Of a DNA stretch of 64,000 nucleotides, positions 9,017 through 18,124 are shown piece after piece. The notes under the pieces were generated by a model. That model was not told the DNA's origin, did no database searches, and was given only the letters and a program-made list of their open reading frames with translations. The DNA comes from an uncultured Pseudomonadales bacterium (GTDB lineage Bacteria; Pseudomonadota; Gammaproteobacteria; Pseudomonadales; Azotimanducaceae). Position 1 is the first letter of the stretch. The number at the start of each line of letters is the position of its first letter. The position numbers were made by a program, and so were the translations under genes. The stretch covers positions 17,952 to 81,951 of the forward strand of contig CALHVX010000068.1 of assembly GCA_938036875.1 (NCBI GenBank), in the 5' to 3' direction.

Positions 9017-9994
9017 ATGCGCGCTGTACTTTGCCATGCTAACGGCCTACCCGAAGCTCTAGAGCTTGCTGAGGTAGCAACCCCCGAAATCCAGCCCAAC
9101 GAAGTGCTCCTGGATATCCATGCCAGCGCCATCAACTTTCCCGATGTCCTGATGATCCAGGGAAAGTACCAGAGCCAGCCCGATTTCCCGTTTTCACCCG
9201 GTGGCGAGGTCTCAGGGATCATCAGTGCGGTTGGGGCTAAGGTCAGCAACTACCAGGTCGGTGATCGGGTGTTTGCTGGAACTGGCCATGGCGGCTTTGC
9301 CGAGCAAGTGGCCGTCAATGCTCGTGCACTACGCCCCATGCCAGAAAACATGCCCTTCACCCAAGCCGCCGGTATCTCTACCACCTACGGCACCTCCTAC
9401 TACGCTCTAAAGCAACGAGCCAACCTCCAGCCGGGTGAAACCTTGCTGGTCTTGGGTGCTGCAGGTGGTGTGGGGCTAGCCGCCGTTGAGCTGGGCAAAG
9501 CCATGGGGGCACGAGTGATCGCGGCCGCAAGCACCAGCGAAAAACTCGCTGCGGCCAAAGCCGCGGGCGCCGATGAGCTTATTGACTACAGCGACGGCGA
9601 GCTTAAGGACAAGGTTAAAGCCCTCACCGATAACAAAGGTGCCGACGTCATCTACGACCCGGTGGGCGGCGAGCTGTTTAACCAATGCATGCGTTGCATC
9701 AACTGGTACGGGCGCGTGCTCGTGGTTGGGTTCGCTGCTGGTGACATTCCGCAGCTACCCATCAATCTGGTGCTGCTAAAAAGTTGCCAAGTCGTTGGTG
9801 TATTCTACGGTGCCTTTTCTGGCCGCGACCCGGCAGCGGCTGAACAAAATTTTGCAGAGATCATGACCATGTATACCGATGGCAAAATCAACCCGCTGAT
9901 CGGCGCAAGCTACGCGCTCGAAGACTACGCGCCAGCCCTACGCTGCCTAATGAATCGCGAAGCGATTGGCAAAGTTGTGGTAACCGTCCGATGA
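9017..9994 (+). CDS. NADPH:quinone oxidoreductase, zinc-type medium-chain dehydrogenase family
   Basis: MDR fold with LVLGAAGGVGLAAVELGK Rossmann motif and N-terminal GroES-like region. ATG 9017 is preferred over TTG 9005. Confidence 0.8.
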   Translation: MRAVLCHANGLPEALELAEVATPEIQPNEVLLDIHASAINFPDVLMIQGKYQSQPDFPFSPGGEVSGIISAVGAKVSNYQVGDRVFAGTGHGGFAEQVAVNARALRPMPENMPFTQAAGISTTYGTSYYALKQRANLQPGETLLVLGAAGGVGLAAVELGKAMGARVIAAASTSEKLAAAKAAGADELIDYSDGELKDKVKALTDNKGADVIYDPVGGELFNQCMRCINWYGRVLVVGFAAGDIPQLPINLVLLKSCQVVGVFYGAFSGRDPAAAEQNFAEIMTMYTDGKINPLIGASYALEDYAPALRCLMNREAIGKVVVTVR

Positions 9995-10485
9995 GCGAGC
10001 AACGATGGAACTCAGACGCCTGGGCATTGGCGATCGTGTTTGTTGCCGGCGCGGCGCTCACCCAGGCACTAGTGTTTGAGCACGCGTTCAATATGCCGCC
10101 CTGCCCTTTATGCCTAATGCAGCGCATCTGGATATTTGTCGCGGGGGCTTGGGCTTACCTGGCCTTGCTCCACAACCCTCGCTTAGGCATCTACCCAATG
10201 GCTACCGGCATCTCGGCGGTCATTGGTGCCGGTTTCTCAATTCGACAACTCTGGTTGCAATCCTTGCCCGAGGGCGAAGCCCCCGCGTGCGGGCCTGGCA
10301 CTGACTACATGATTGCAAACTTCCCCTTAAGTGAAGTGTTACAAGCCATGATGAGCGGTACCGGCGATTGCGCCAAGGTAAGCTGGAGTCTATTCGGCAT
10401 CACCCTACCCGGTTGGGCCATGATCTGCTTTGTCGTGATCTTGGTGTTGGCGGTGTGCCAATGGCGTCGTAAGCGCTTCGCTTAG
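9991..10485 (+). CDS. dsbB: disulfide bond formation protein B
   Basis: Four predicted TM segments. CPLCLMQR first-loop cysteine pair and second periplasmic-loop cysteines. ATGA overlap with the upstream gene. Confidence 0.8.
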   Translation: MSEQRWNSDAWALAIVFVAGAALTQALVFEHAFNMPPCPLCLMQRIWIFVAGAWAYLALLHNPRLGIYPMATGISAVIGAGFSIRQLWLQSLPEGEAPACGPGTDYMIANFPLSEVLQAMMSGTGDCAKVSWSLFGITLPGWAMICFVVILVLAVCQWRRKRFA

Positions 10486-10530
10486 CAACTTGAGTTACAT
10501 GCCCTTAATTGCCTCACCCCAAAACTTTTC

Positions 10531-10548
10531 GCGCCAGAAAACTGGCGC
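10531..10548 (+). terminator. hairpin after dsbB
   Basis: GCGCCAG-AAAA-CTGGCGC, a perfect 7-bp stem, but only TT follows. Confidence 0.35.
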
Positions 10549-10604
10549 TTCCCCAATTGTTGACTATCTTTTTGATACCAACAAAAAAACAATAGGGGCA
10601 AGTG

Positions 10605-11057
10605 ATGCAGGCAATCATCGAACAACAACCAACCAACTCACGCATAGGGTCTTTCAACTCTAGCGAGCTGATCAACCCGCACCACTACAATCGCCAGATT
10701 GACCCAGAATTTGTTGGCTGCCGGCAGCAACTGCTCAGCAACCTCATTAGCCTGTCCACGGCCCTTGACCAACAACATTGGGACATTGCTGAAACCTTGC
10801 TACAGCGCTTTTGCAAACATCTCACCAACTATCTAACCCTTGGCCACCAACGGGTTGGGGTGCTAGAGCACCCAGACACTCACTTGCACATCGCCATCGC
10901 AAGCACTACCCGCATTGCCATGTGTTTTAGCGATTGTTACAGCCGTGGCACTGGCCGCTTAGACCAGGTTCGTCCAGCTTTAGAACAACTAGCCTTAGCA
11001 TTAGAAACCCGCTTCGAGCTAGAGGACGATCTCCAGGTTCAAACTCTTGTTGCCTGA
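10605..11057 (+). CDS. Rsd/AlgQ-family regulator of sigma-70
   Basis: FCKHLTNYLTLGHQRV and LALALETRFELEDDL align, from memory, with Rsd (FCQSLVDYLSAGHF..., IGEALEARFVLEDKL). dsbB-algQ adjacency also occurs in Pseudomonas. Confidence 0.6.
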   Translation: MQAIIEQQPTNSRIGSFNSSELINPHHYNRQIDPEFVGCRQQLLSNLISLSTALDQQHWDIAETLLQRFCKHLTNYLTLGHQRVGVLEHPDTHLHIAIASTTRIAMCFSDCYSRGTGRLDQVRPALEQLALALETRFELEDDLQVQTLVA

Positions 11058-12060
11058 AACTTTGGCCAACAACCCAAACACCAACGCTAGATGTCGGCCA
11101 GTTCTAGGCTGGCTCGCCCTAAGCTTCACGCTGCTGGCCGGTTGTTCCGATGACGCGTTCAAATCACACCGCCTAGCGGCTCAAGGGCTATATACGGGCG
11201 CGCTGTCTGCAGACGGTAAGTTTGCGTTGATCGGCTCTATGAATCACGGCAGCAGCTTGTGGCAAACGGCTGACTTCGAGCGCATCTACAACTGGAACCA
11301 CAGCCCCAACGGCTTTACCGATCTCACCACCAGCGCTTTTGCACCGGATGGCTCTAAAGCGGTAACCGCCCAAGCACGAGATTTGGTGGTCTGGGACACT
11401 CAAACCGGCAAAGATCTCGCTTACTGGGGCAGTCCCGGCAGCTTACTGTCTGTTGCGTTAGCCAGCTCTGGGCGACAACTACTGTTGGGCATGCAGGATC
11501 ACAGCGCAGTGCTCATCGACCCGACCAGTGGCCATCATCTAAGGACACTGATGCACGAAGCACCAGTAGGCGCCGTTGCACTGGGACTTGATGGCAAGCA
11601 CGCGCTTACGGGCAGCGATGACGAAACCGCGGTGCTATGGGAGTTAGCCACCGGCACAGCACTACGTACCTTAAAGCACGACAACTCGGTTCGTGTGGTC
11701 GCTATGTCAGCAACCGGTCGCTATTTGTTTACTGCAGCACAAGCTCGCCAAGCGGTCTTATGGGACGGTACAACCGGTGAAGCCATCCATGAGATTGAAG
11801 ATAAGAATCCGGGAATTTTAAGCGCCACCTTCTCAGCAGACGAAAACTTGCTCCTCCTAGGCTATGTGAATCGCGAAGTGACCTTATGGTCCACCCAAAG
11901 CAAGCGCCTGCTCGGCAGCTGGCACATCGGCGCAGAGAACCCCCTACATACTCAAGGCGGGGCGGTGCTGGCCGTGGGCTACACCCAAGACCCCGGGGTA
12001 TTTTTGGCCATCACCGGCGATGGCCGGTTGTCTGAGCTCCGCAGCTCGCCAACCCAGTAA
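11047..12060 (+). CDS. WD40/beta-propeller repeat lipoprotein
   Basis: Lipobox LLAGC. Repeated about 40-aa units ending in ..D.TA.LW / ..VLWD. Start is TTG. Confidence 0.6.
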   Translation: MLPETLANNPNTNARCRPVLGWLALSFTLLAGCSDDAFKSHRLAAQGLYTGALSADGKFALIGSMNHGSSLWQTADFERIYNWNHSPNGFTDLTTSAFAPDGSKAVTAQARDLVVWDTQTGKDLAYWGSPGSLLSVALASSGRQLLLGMQDHSAVLIDPTSGHHLRTLMHEAPVGAVALGLDGKHALTGSDDETAVLWELATGTALRTLKHDNSVRVVAMSATGRYLFTAAQARQAVLWDGTTGEAIHEIEDKNPGILSATFSADENLLLLGYVNREVTLWSTQSKRLLGSWHIGAENPLHTQGGAVLAVGYTQDPGVFLAITGDGRLSELRSSPTQ

Positions 12061-12090
12061 AACGCGTCGCTCAGGCCATTTAGGTCGGCA

Positions 12091-12114
12091 TATGCAAGTA
12101 TATGCAAGTATATG
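12091..12114. repeat. 10-bp tandem repeat, 2.4 copies (TATGCAAGTA)
   Basis: TATGCAAGTA TATGCAAGTA TATG, read directly. Flanked by GGCCAT...ATGGCC. Confidence 0.8.
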
Positions 12115-12498
12115 GCCAAATATGACAAGCCTGATTACCACTTATACGCGCGCTTATCCGTGTTAACCCTGTGTCTCCCCTAAGGCTACAGAACACTTAC
12201 GAATGCGCTGGCAACCTAAAATTCTAGGGTGCTATTATCCATGGGTCCCGGGGGGACACTGTGGCACCGCTCGTCACAGCTAGCGCACAACAAGATGCTC
12301 TAACGGCAACGGATACGCCAAATGATATCCGAGTCCAATTGCATCCAATCCCAGCATCGCATTGCTGCTCGGTATGACGCTAGCCAACGCCAATCAAGAA
12401 ATCGCCAAGTTCAAAAAAGCAACAAACGGCGAACCGGCAGATAGGTAAACAAACGTGCGGTCCGTTATATACACCTAGCAACTAGCGTAGCCCATACA

Positions 12499-13254
12499 AT
12501 GCACCCAGATGCACGACGCATACTGATCGTTAACGGCAAAGGCGGCTGTGGTAAGACCACTATAGCTACCAACTTGGCTGTGGCTTACGCAAACCGCGAT
12601 CGAGATGTTGCGTTGCTCGACAATGACCCACAAGCGGCTAGCACGTTTTGGGGCGAGCAGCGTTCACCGGATCTACCTAAAGTGCACGTTATCCCCGCGC
12701 ACGCCCGCGCTAATATGTACGAAACCCAAGTGTTCCACGATCGCATTGCCCAAGATGCCACGCGCATCATCATCGACGGTCAATCCAACGCGCGCGACCG
12801 TGATCTAGAAGACCTCATTCGCCAAGCAGATGTGGTGTTGATTCCGATCCTGCCATCAGCCATCGACATGCATGTTGGTGAGCGCTTCATTACCGAGTTG
12901 CTCACCCATCGGGCGTACCGCAGCGCACCGCGCCCGGTTGCCGTGATCGCCAACCGTGTGCAACCCAATACCGATACCCATCGCAAGCTAGAACACTTCT
13001 TAAGCTGTCTAGACATCCCTTGTGTTGCCACCTTTCGTGACAGCCCCATTTACACCCAGGTAGCTGAAACCGGCGAAGGGGTTGTCGACCAGCGCGACAA
13101 TCGCGCCGCTCGCAAGGAGACCGCCAGCTGGTGGCGTTTGGCCGATTGGATAGATGCGCAAGAAAAGCATGCTAAGGTCACGGTTCGCGAGCTGCGCCTG
13201 AGACCGCGGGCCGCACTTCGCGCTGGCAGTAAACAATCAAACAAACGGGCCTAA
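12499..13254 (+). CDS. ParA/MinD-family P-loop ATPase (orphan, no ParB seen)
   Basis: Deviant Walker A NGKGGCGKTTIATNLA, and DNDPQ and IIIDG motifs. Basic C-terminal tail. Confidence 0.85.
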   Translation: MHPDARRILIVNGKGGCGKTTIATNLAVAYANRDRDVALLDNDPQAASTFWGEQRSPDLPKVHVIPAHARANMYETQVFHDRIAQDATRIIIDGQSNARDRDLEDLIRQADVVLIPILPSAIDMHVGERFITELLTHRAYRSAPRPVAVIANRVQPNTDTHRKLEHFLSCLDIPCVATFRDSPIYTQVAETGEGVVDQRDNRAARKETASWWRLADWIDAQEKHAKVTVRELRLRPRAALRAGSKQSNKRA

Positions 13255-13305
13255 CCAGCCAAACACCCAGCAGTCCTCGCGATCTGCCATAACGAGTAAC
13301 CTACC

Positions 13306-15207
13306 CTGTTAGTTGCGCAAGACGTCCTGTTAGAACGAGGTGACAAGGTCATTTTTGATGGCCTTAGTGGCACCGTTCACCCTGGCCAAAAGGTTGGCAT
13401 CGTTGGTCGCAACGGTGCTGGCAAATCAACCTTGTTTGCCTTGGTACTGCGGCAACTGCACCCAAGCACTGGCGATATCAGCTGGCCAAAAGGCTGGCGC
13501 ATTGCAAGCATGGCCCAAGAAGAGAAACCTAGCGACCGATCAGCACTGGACTACGTGGTCGACGGCGATACCCGGGTGCGAGAAATCGAAGCGGAGCTCG
13601 CCAAGGCGGAAAGCAACAACGACAACTTACGTTTGGCTGAATTGTTTGGGGAGTACGAAGACGCTGACGGCTACGCCGCGGAGGCACGTGCTGGCGAAAT
13701 TTTGCACGGCCTAGGTTTTTCCGTAGACGACTTCAGCAAACCCCAACGCAGTTTTTCTGGCGGCTGGCGCGTGCGGCTAGCGCTAGCACAAGCCTTGATG
13801 ACACCCGCTGACCTGCTGCTTCTAGATGAGCCAACCAACCACTTAGATCTGGATACCACACTGTGGCTAGAATCTTGGCTGGCAAAATTTGAAGGCACCA
13901 TGTTGGTCATTGCACACGACCGCGAGTTTTTAGACAACGTGGTCACCCATACCTGGCATATGCATCATCAGGTTGGCGACCTTTACCGCGGCAACTACTC
14001 CAGCTTTGAACGCCAGCGCATTGCGGCCTTAGAGCAGCAAGCCTCTACCTACCAACGCCAACAAGCAAAAGCCGCTCACCTCCAATCCTTCATTGACCGT
14101 TTCAAGGCCAAAGCAAGCAAAGCCAAGCAAGCGCAAAGCCGGGTTAAAGCGTTGGAAAAAATGCAGATGGTGGCACCCATGCATGCGGAGTCACCCTACC
14201 AGTTTGAGTTTACCGACCCTAAGTCGGTCTCCAACCCGCTGGTCTCCATGCGCGGCGTAGACGTAGGCTACGGCAACACTAAAGTGCTCAACAAAATTTC
14301 ACTCAGCCTGCTACCCGGTGACCGTATTGGTATCCTCGGCGTCAATGGCGCCGGCAAATCTACGCTGCTCAAGGCTATCTGCGGCGACTTGGTGCCCATG
14401 CAGGGTGAGTTGGTGCTCGGCAAGAACAGTTCCGTAGGCTATTTTGCCCAGCACCAAATGGAAGCGTTGGATGCCAGCAACACTGCATTGCAAACGGTGC
14501 AGCTAGCCTTTGACCTCAGCGATCAAGACGCACGCAACTACTTAGGCAGTTGGGGGTTTTCCGGCGAGATGACCGACCGTAGTGTCGCCACCTTATCCGG
14601 GGGTGAGAAAGCACGCCTGGTGCTAGCGCTGATAGCCCGCACCGAGCCTGCGCTGCTGGTGCTGGACGAGCCGACCAACCACCTGGATCTAGACATGCGC
14701 GAAGCCTTGGCGCTGGCATTGCAAAGCTATGCCGGTGCACTGCTATTGGTGTCACACGACCGCAGCTTGCTCGACCGTTGCGCGGATACTTTTTGGTTGG
14801 TACACAACGGCTCTGTAAACATCTACCGCGACAGCTTGAGTGACTACGCGGCTGCCCAACGCGCAGGCCAATTCACCCCGGCTGTAGCACAACAGAACGA
14901 CAGTGCTTCTGCGAAAGCACAAGAGCCACAAGGAACCGCCAAAGAACGTCGTCAAGCGGCGGCAAAACAGCGTGAGCTAGAAAAGCCACTGCGCAAAGAG
15001 CTGAACAAGCTAGACCAACAGATGCGCAAGTTGAGCAAAGAGATCGAGCAGGTAGAGAAGCGCTTAGCAGACCCAGATGTGTATCAGGATCTACCAGCAG
15101 CGGAGTTAGACGAGCTGATGCAAACGTCTGGGCGCCTGCGTAAAAAATTGGACGACACCGAACACCTCTGGTTGGACGTGTCCGAACAGCTTGAGCAGTT
15201 CGGTTAA
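13306..15207 (+). CDS. yheS: ABC-F family ATPase, YheS-like
   Basis: Two ABC cassettes (GRNGAGKST / GVNGAGKST, two LSGG signatures, LLLDEPTNHLD twice), linker QAKAAHLQSFIDRFKAKASKAKQAQSR, and a C-terminal coiled coil. The first Walker A lies upstream of the first canonical start (TTG 13432). CTG 13306 is the inferred start (see findings). Confidence 0.8.
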   Translation: MLVAQDVLLERGDKVIFDGLSGTVHPGQKVGIVGRNGAGKSTLFALVLRQLHPSTGDISWPKGWRIASMAQEEKPSDRSALDYVVDGDTRVREIEAELAKAESNNDNLRLAELFGEYEDADGYAAEARAGEILHGLGFSVDDFSKPQRSFSGGWRVRLALAQALMTPADLLLLDEPTNHLDLDTTLWLESWLAKFEGTMLVIAHDREFLDNVVTHTWHMHHQVGDLYRGNYSSFERQRIAALEQQASTYQRQQAKAAHLQSFIDRFKAKASKAKQAQSRVKALEKMQMVAPMHAESPYQFEFTDPKSVSNPLVSMRGVDVGYGNTKVLNKISLSLLPGDRIGILGVNGAGKSTLLKAICGDLVPMQGELVLGKNSSVGYFAQHQMEALDASNTALQTVQLAFDLSDQDARNYLGSWGFSGEMTDRSVATLSGGEKARLVLALIARTEPALLVLDEPTNHLDLDMREALALALQSYAGALLLVSHDRSLLDRCADTFWLVHNGSVNIYRDSLSDYAAAQRAGQFTPAVAQQNDSASAKAQEPQGTAKERRQAAAKQRELEKPLRKELNKLDQQMRKLSKEIEQVEKRLADPDVYQDLPAAELDELMQTSGRLRKKLDDTEHLWLDVSEQLEQFG

Positions 15208-15269
15208 CGGTGCGTCCTGCCTGCCTAGATCAAACTTGGTCAATCTAGTGCAAGCGACGTCAAACGACG

Positions 15270-16400
15270 TTAAGGGGCCAGGTTTGTTCGGCCAGTTGGG
15301 GTTCGGGACAATTCGATACGCAGCTCGCCGTCATCACCAGAGATACGAATCACACTGGTATCTGGCGCACTCAACAAACTGGGGTCAATGCTGACCTGCT
15401 GAGTTTTACCTTGGCGTATCACTTGCAACTTGATGGGCTTGCCTGCATCGCTGAGCTGGAGCATGGCTAACGCATCTTGCACGTCGGTTACCGGCTTACC
15501 GGCCACCTGATCTAACACATCACCAGCTTTTAACGAGCTGCTACCCGCAGGCGGTCGTACCACCAAGACACCGGAGTCCGTGTCAAAGTAACGCGCAAGA
15601 TCTTCGTTTAGGTCAACTAGGTAAGGGGTACCACTTTGGATTTGCGTACCCATCCGCTTGTCAAAATCGATGCCAAGGGAGTCAGACAGCTCCTCCAGCA
15701 ATGCATCGGGCTGAAAGCAATCCATGTCGATCTCGATATGCTGCTTAAGGGAACTCTTGTGATCCAGACCCGCTAGCGACGCGGCGTAATGACCCGATGC
15801 TTGGGTCACAATCTTGGCTTCCGCCACATCACCTTTGCGCAGGTAACGCACGGCTACCGTCTTACCGGGGGTTACCGCCTTCATGATGCGGGAGATGTGC
15901 GAATGCGGATGACCTTGGGAGCCATCCATCGCTTGCCCATCAATGGCCAGCAGAACATCACCGGACCGAAGACCCGCAGCAGCGGCGCCACCCCCAGGAG
16001 TAACACCGGCTATAAACACACCATCGCGCCGGCCTGGCTCATCGATAAGCACACCCAACATGGCACGCCCGCCCCCTTTTTTGTGGGCGGTTACCTCTAC
16101 GGTTTCGTGCAGCCGCGCCAACTCGAGCGCCGCCTCATCCAACTTTTTACGCGCTTGGGCAAGCTGTTGCTCCACATCGGCCAAGCGTTGGCTAGATGGC
16201 GCCTGCGGTGGCGCTGGCGGCCCTGCTTGAGCCGTCGACGCCAACAGCAAGCCGGTAAGCACCACAATGCTGATGACCGCAACGCCGGTTAGCCAGCGAG
16301 CAGCTCCGGTGGTTGGAAGTGGGCGGCTCACGGCATTTAGCAAGCTTGCTAAGTTGCGCCGTGCACCACTAATAACAGCACCACTAAAAACTGAGTTCAT
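15270..16400 (-). CDS. membrane-anchored protein with two PDZ domains and no protease domain
   Basis: N-terminal TM, short coiled coil, then two PDZ-like segments (GVFIAGVTPGGGAAAAGLRSGDVLLAIDG and GVLVVRPPAGSSSLKAGDVLDQVAG). No trypsin-like His/Asp/Ser region. Confidence 0.7.
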   Translation of the reverse strand: MNSVFSGAVISGARRNLASLLNAVSRPLPTTGAARWLTGVAVISIVVLTGLLLASTAQAGPPAPPQAPSSQRLADVEQQLAQARKKLDEAALELARLHETVEVTAHKKGGGRAMLGVLIDEPGRRDGVFIAGVTPGGGAAAAGLRSGDVLLAIDGQAMDGSQGHPHSHISRIMKAVTPGKTVAVRYLRKGDVAEAKIVTQASGHYAASLAGLDHKSSLKQHIEIDMDCFQPDALLEELSDSLGIDFDKRMGTQIQSGTPYLVDLNEDLARYFDTDSGVLVVRPPAGSSSLKAGDVLDQVAGKPVTDVQDALAMLQLSDAGKPIKLQVIRQGKTQQVSIDPSLLSAPDTSVIRISGDDGELRIELSRTPTGRTNLAP

Positions 16401-16413
16401 GAAAAAGTCCTCA

Positions 16414-17202
16414 CTAAAAATCGGCTTGGTCGAGCATCTGAAAGTGCTGAATTTCCATCAGCGTTTCCAGCAGCGCCACGCGTTGGCGCCACAGGCGCTC
16501 TTTTAACTCTGGGTGCATCGCTTCCTGTTGCAGGCTACTCAGCTCCGCATCTAGGTCAGCAATACGAAACATCAAGGCGCGTTGTGCTCGTGATGGCTCT
16601 GCTCCAGCGCTGACTACCTGACTTTGCACGGCCTCCTCCAAGCGACGCGATCGGTCAACCAAGGATGCTAAACCGCTTGAGGTTTGCAGTGGGGTCTGCA
16701 AGGCAATCTGGCCGGTCCCCACTTCGGGCGACGTGTCGGGCAGTCCGCGCAACCACAAAGCGCTAACCAGCACCCCCACCATAAAGACGCTAGCAGCAGT
16801 AGCCAGGCGCAGCTGTGGCGAGGCAAACCAGCTGACCTGGTTTGCGGGCGAGCTTGTGGCATGAGCCGTTGGCTCTGGGTTGCCCGTGGCCGCCAAGGTC
16901 AACGGCGTATTGGGCCTTGCACCGGGCAGATCGGTCTGGCCACCTTGTTGGGGCTTCTCCTGGGTACCCACCGAGGGCTCAGCCATAGCGGCTTTGTAAG
17001 ACGCTGACGCTTGGATTTGCTCCCACAACTCCGGCGGCGGTAACTCCGCCGGCAGTGCGTTGAGCTCATGCCGCAATTCTATCGAACGTTGCAGTTGGTC
17101 AGCCAACACCGGATCTTGGTCCAGCGCAGCCTGGACATCCGCGGTCAGCGGCTCACCATCTCGATAAGCCAGCAAATCGCTGAGCGTTAATTTTTGTGTC
17201 AC
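16414..17202 (-). CDS. putative anti-sigma factor (single-pass membrane protein)
   Basis: GTGA overlap with the ECF sigma stop. About 60-aa cytoplasmic N-terminal domain, one TM (VFMVGVLVSALWL), and a periplasmic helical C-terminus. No HxxxCxxC zinc motif. Confidence 0.5.
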   Translation of the reverse strand: MTQKLTLSDLLAYRDGEPLTADVQAALDQDPVLADQLQRSIELRHELNALPAELPPPELWEQIQASASYKAAMAEPSVGTQEKPQQGGQTDLPGARPNTPLTLAATGNPEPTAHATSSPANQVSWFASPQLRLATAASVFMVGVLVSALWLRGLPDTSPEVGTGQIALQTPLQTSSGLASLVDRSRRLEEAVQSQVVSAGAEPSRAQRALMFRIADLDAELSSLQQEAMHPELKERLWRQRVALLETLMEIQHFQMLDQADF

Positions 17203-17900
17203 GTTGCCTCCCCTGGTTTGGTGGCCTGTACTTGATTGTCTAAAACTTGAGTCTCTGCTGGTCTGCCCGCGCCTTGGCCCATAGGGTCGTTCGGCACAGC
17301 GGCATGTGCAGGTCTCTGGTAGAGCCGGGCTAAGGTCTCGTAACCTCGGGCCAGCTGGGATTTGGAGTAACTGGTCGTCCGCTCCAACATCTCGCCAATT
17401 TCTTTGTGGGTATAGCCTTCAACATCGTGCAGCCAGACCACAAAACGGGTTTCTGGCCCCAAGCGACCCAACGCTTGGACAATATCCGGGAGGTTCTCCG
17501 CCAATGCATCGCCATTGGCCCCAACCCTACTTTGCGCATGGCTGCCGTCCATTTGCTGATGATCAGCGGCCACTTCAGGTTGTAACCCCTGGACTCGACG
17601 AGCGTGCCAAGGCGAGCGCAGGCGCATCAGGCAATGGTTCACCGCTACCTTCTTAACCCAGCCCACAACCGCCGCTCGATCACGGATCTGGTGCCCACGT
17701 TCCAACAGCTCAATAAAGGTGTCTTGAACCACTTCTTGAGCACCCCCGCGGTCCTGGAGCAGGCGTACCGCCAAGGTCAGCACCGGACTCGCCAGCTGCT
17801 GGTAGGCGGCGGAAAAGGCCGCTTGATACTTTTGCGGATCGCCCATAGTCAGCCCCTGGAGCGTTGCCGCATCCAGCTCTACGTCAGCAAATCCCGCCAT
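17199..17900 (-). CDS. ECF-type RNA polymerase sigma-70 family factor
   Basis: Region 2 (AQEVVQDTFIELLER) and region 4 HTH (VVWLHDVEGYTHKEIGEMLERTTSYSKSQLARG). About 45-aa C-terminal extension. Confidence 0.85.
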   Translation of the reverse strand: MAGFADVELDAATLQGLTMGDPQKYQAAFSAAYQQLASPVLTLAVRLLQDRGGAQEVVQDTFIELLERGHQIRDRAAVVGWVKKVAVNHCLMRLRSPWHARRVQGLQPEVAADHQQMDGSHAQSRVGANGDALAENLPDIVQALGRLGPETRFVVWLHDVEGYTHKEIGEMLERTTSYSKSQLARGYETLARLYQRPAHAAVPNDPMGQGAGRPAETQVLDNQVQATKPGEAT

Positions 17901-18092
17901 CTTAAGTACCCGCCATGAAGGTTAGATGCACCAGGGTCGAAAAAGGTCGCAACGATTTAAAATAAATTTTTGCGGCCTGTTGTGAAACATCCCAAGGCAG
18001 CTAGGATGCTGCGCGACCGACGAGGCATACCAAGGCTTATACCGGCGTTTCCCAATCTAGCTTCTCGACATTTTTGACGGAATCGACTATAA

Positions 18093-18102
18093 CGAACGTT
18101 CG
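18093..18102. promoter_or_regulatory. 10-bp perfect palindrome, candidate TetR operator
   Basis: CGAACGTTCG lies 23 bp upstream of the TetR ATG at 18125. Confidence 0.3.
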
Positions 18103-18124
18103 GTTACCACAGCGACTACAGACC

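Noticed and set aside
12091-12114. Whether the short tandem repeats (also at 22731, 51704 and 63100) could be CRISPR arrays
   Set aside because: The units are 10-13 bp and directly abutting, with no spacers. No cas genes are in the window.
17901-18073. ECF-type autoregulated promoter (GGAAC-N16-17-CGTC) upstream of the ECF sigma gene
   Set aside because: GGAAAC is present on the minus strand, but the nearest CGTC is about 24 nt away. The spacing is wrong, so no call is made.
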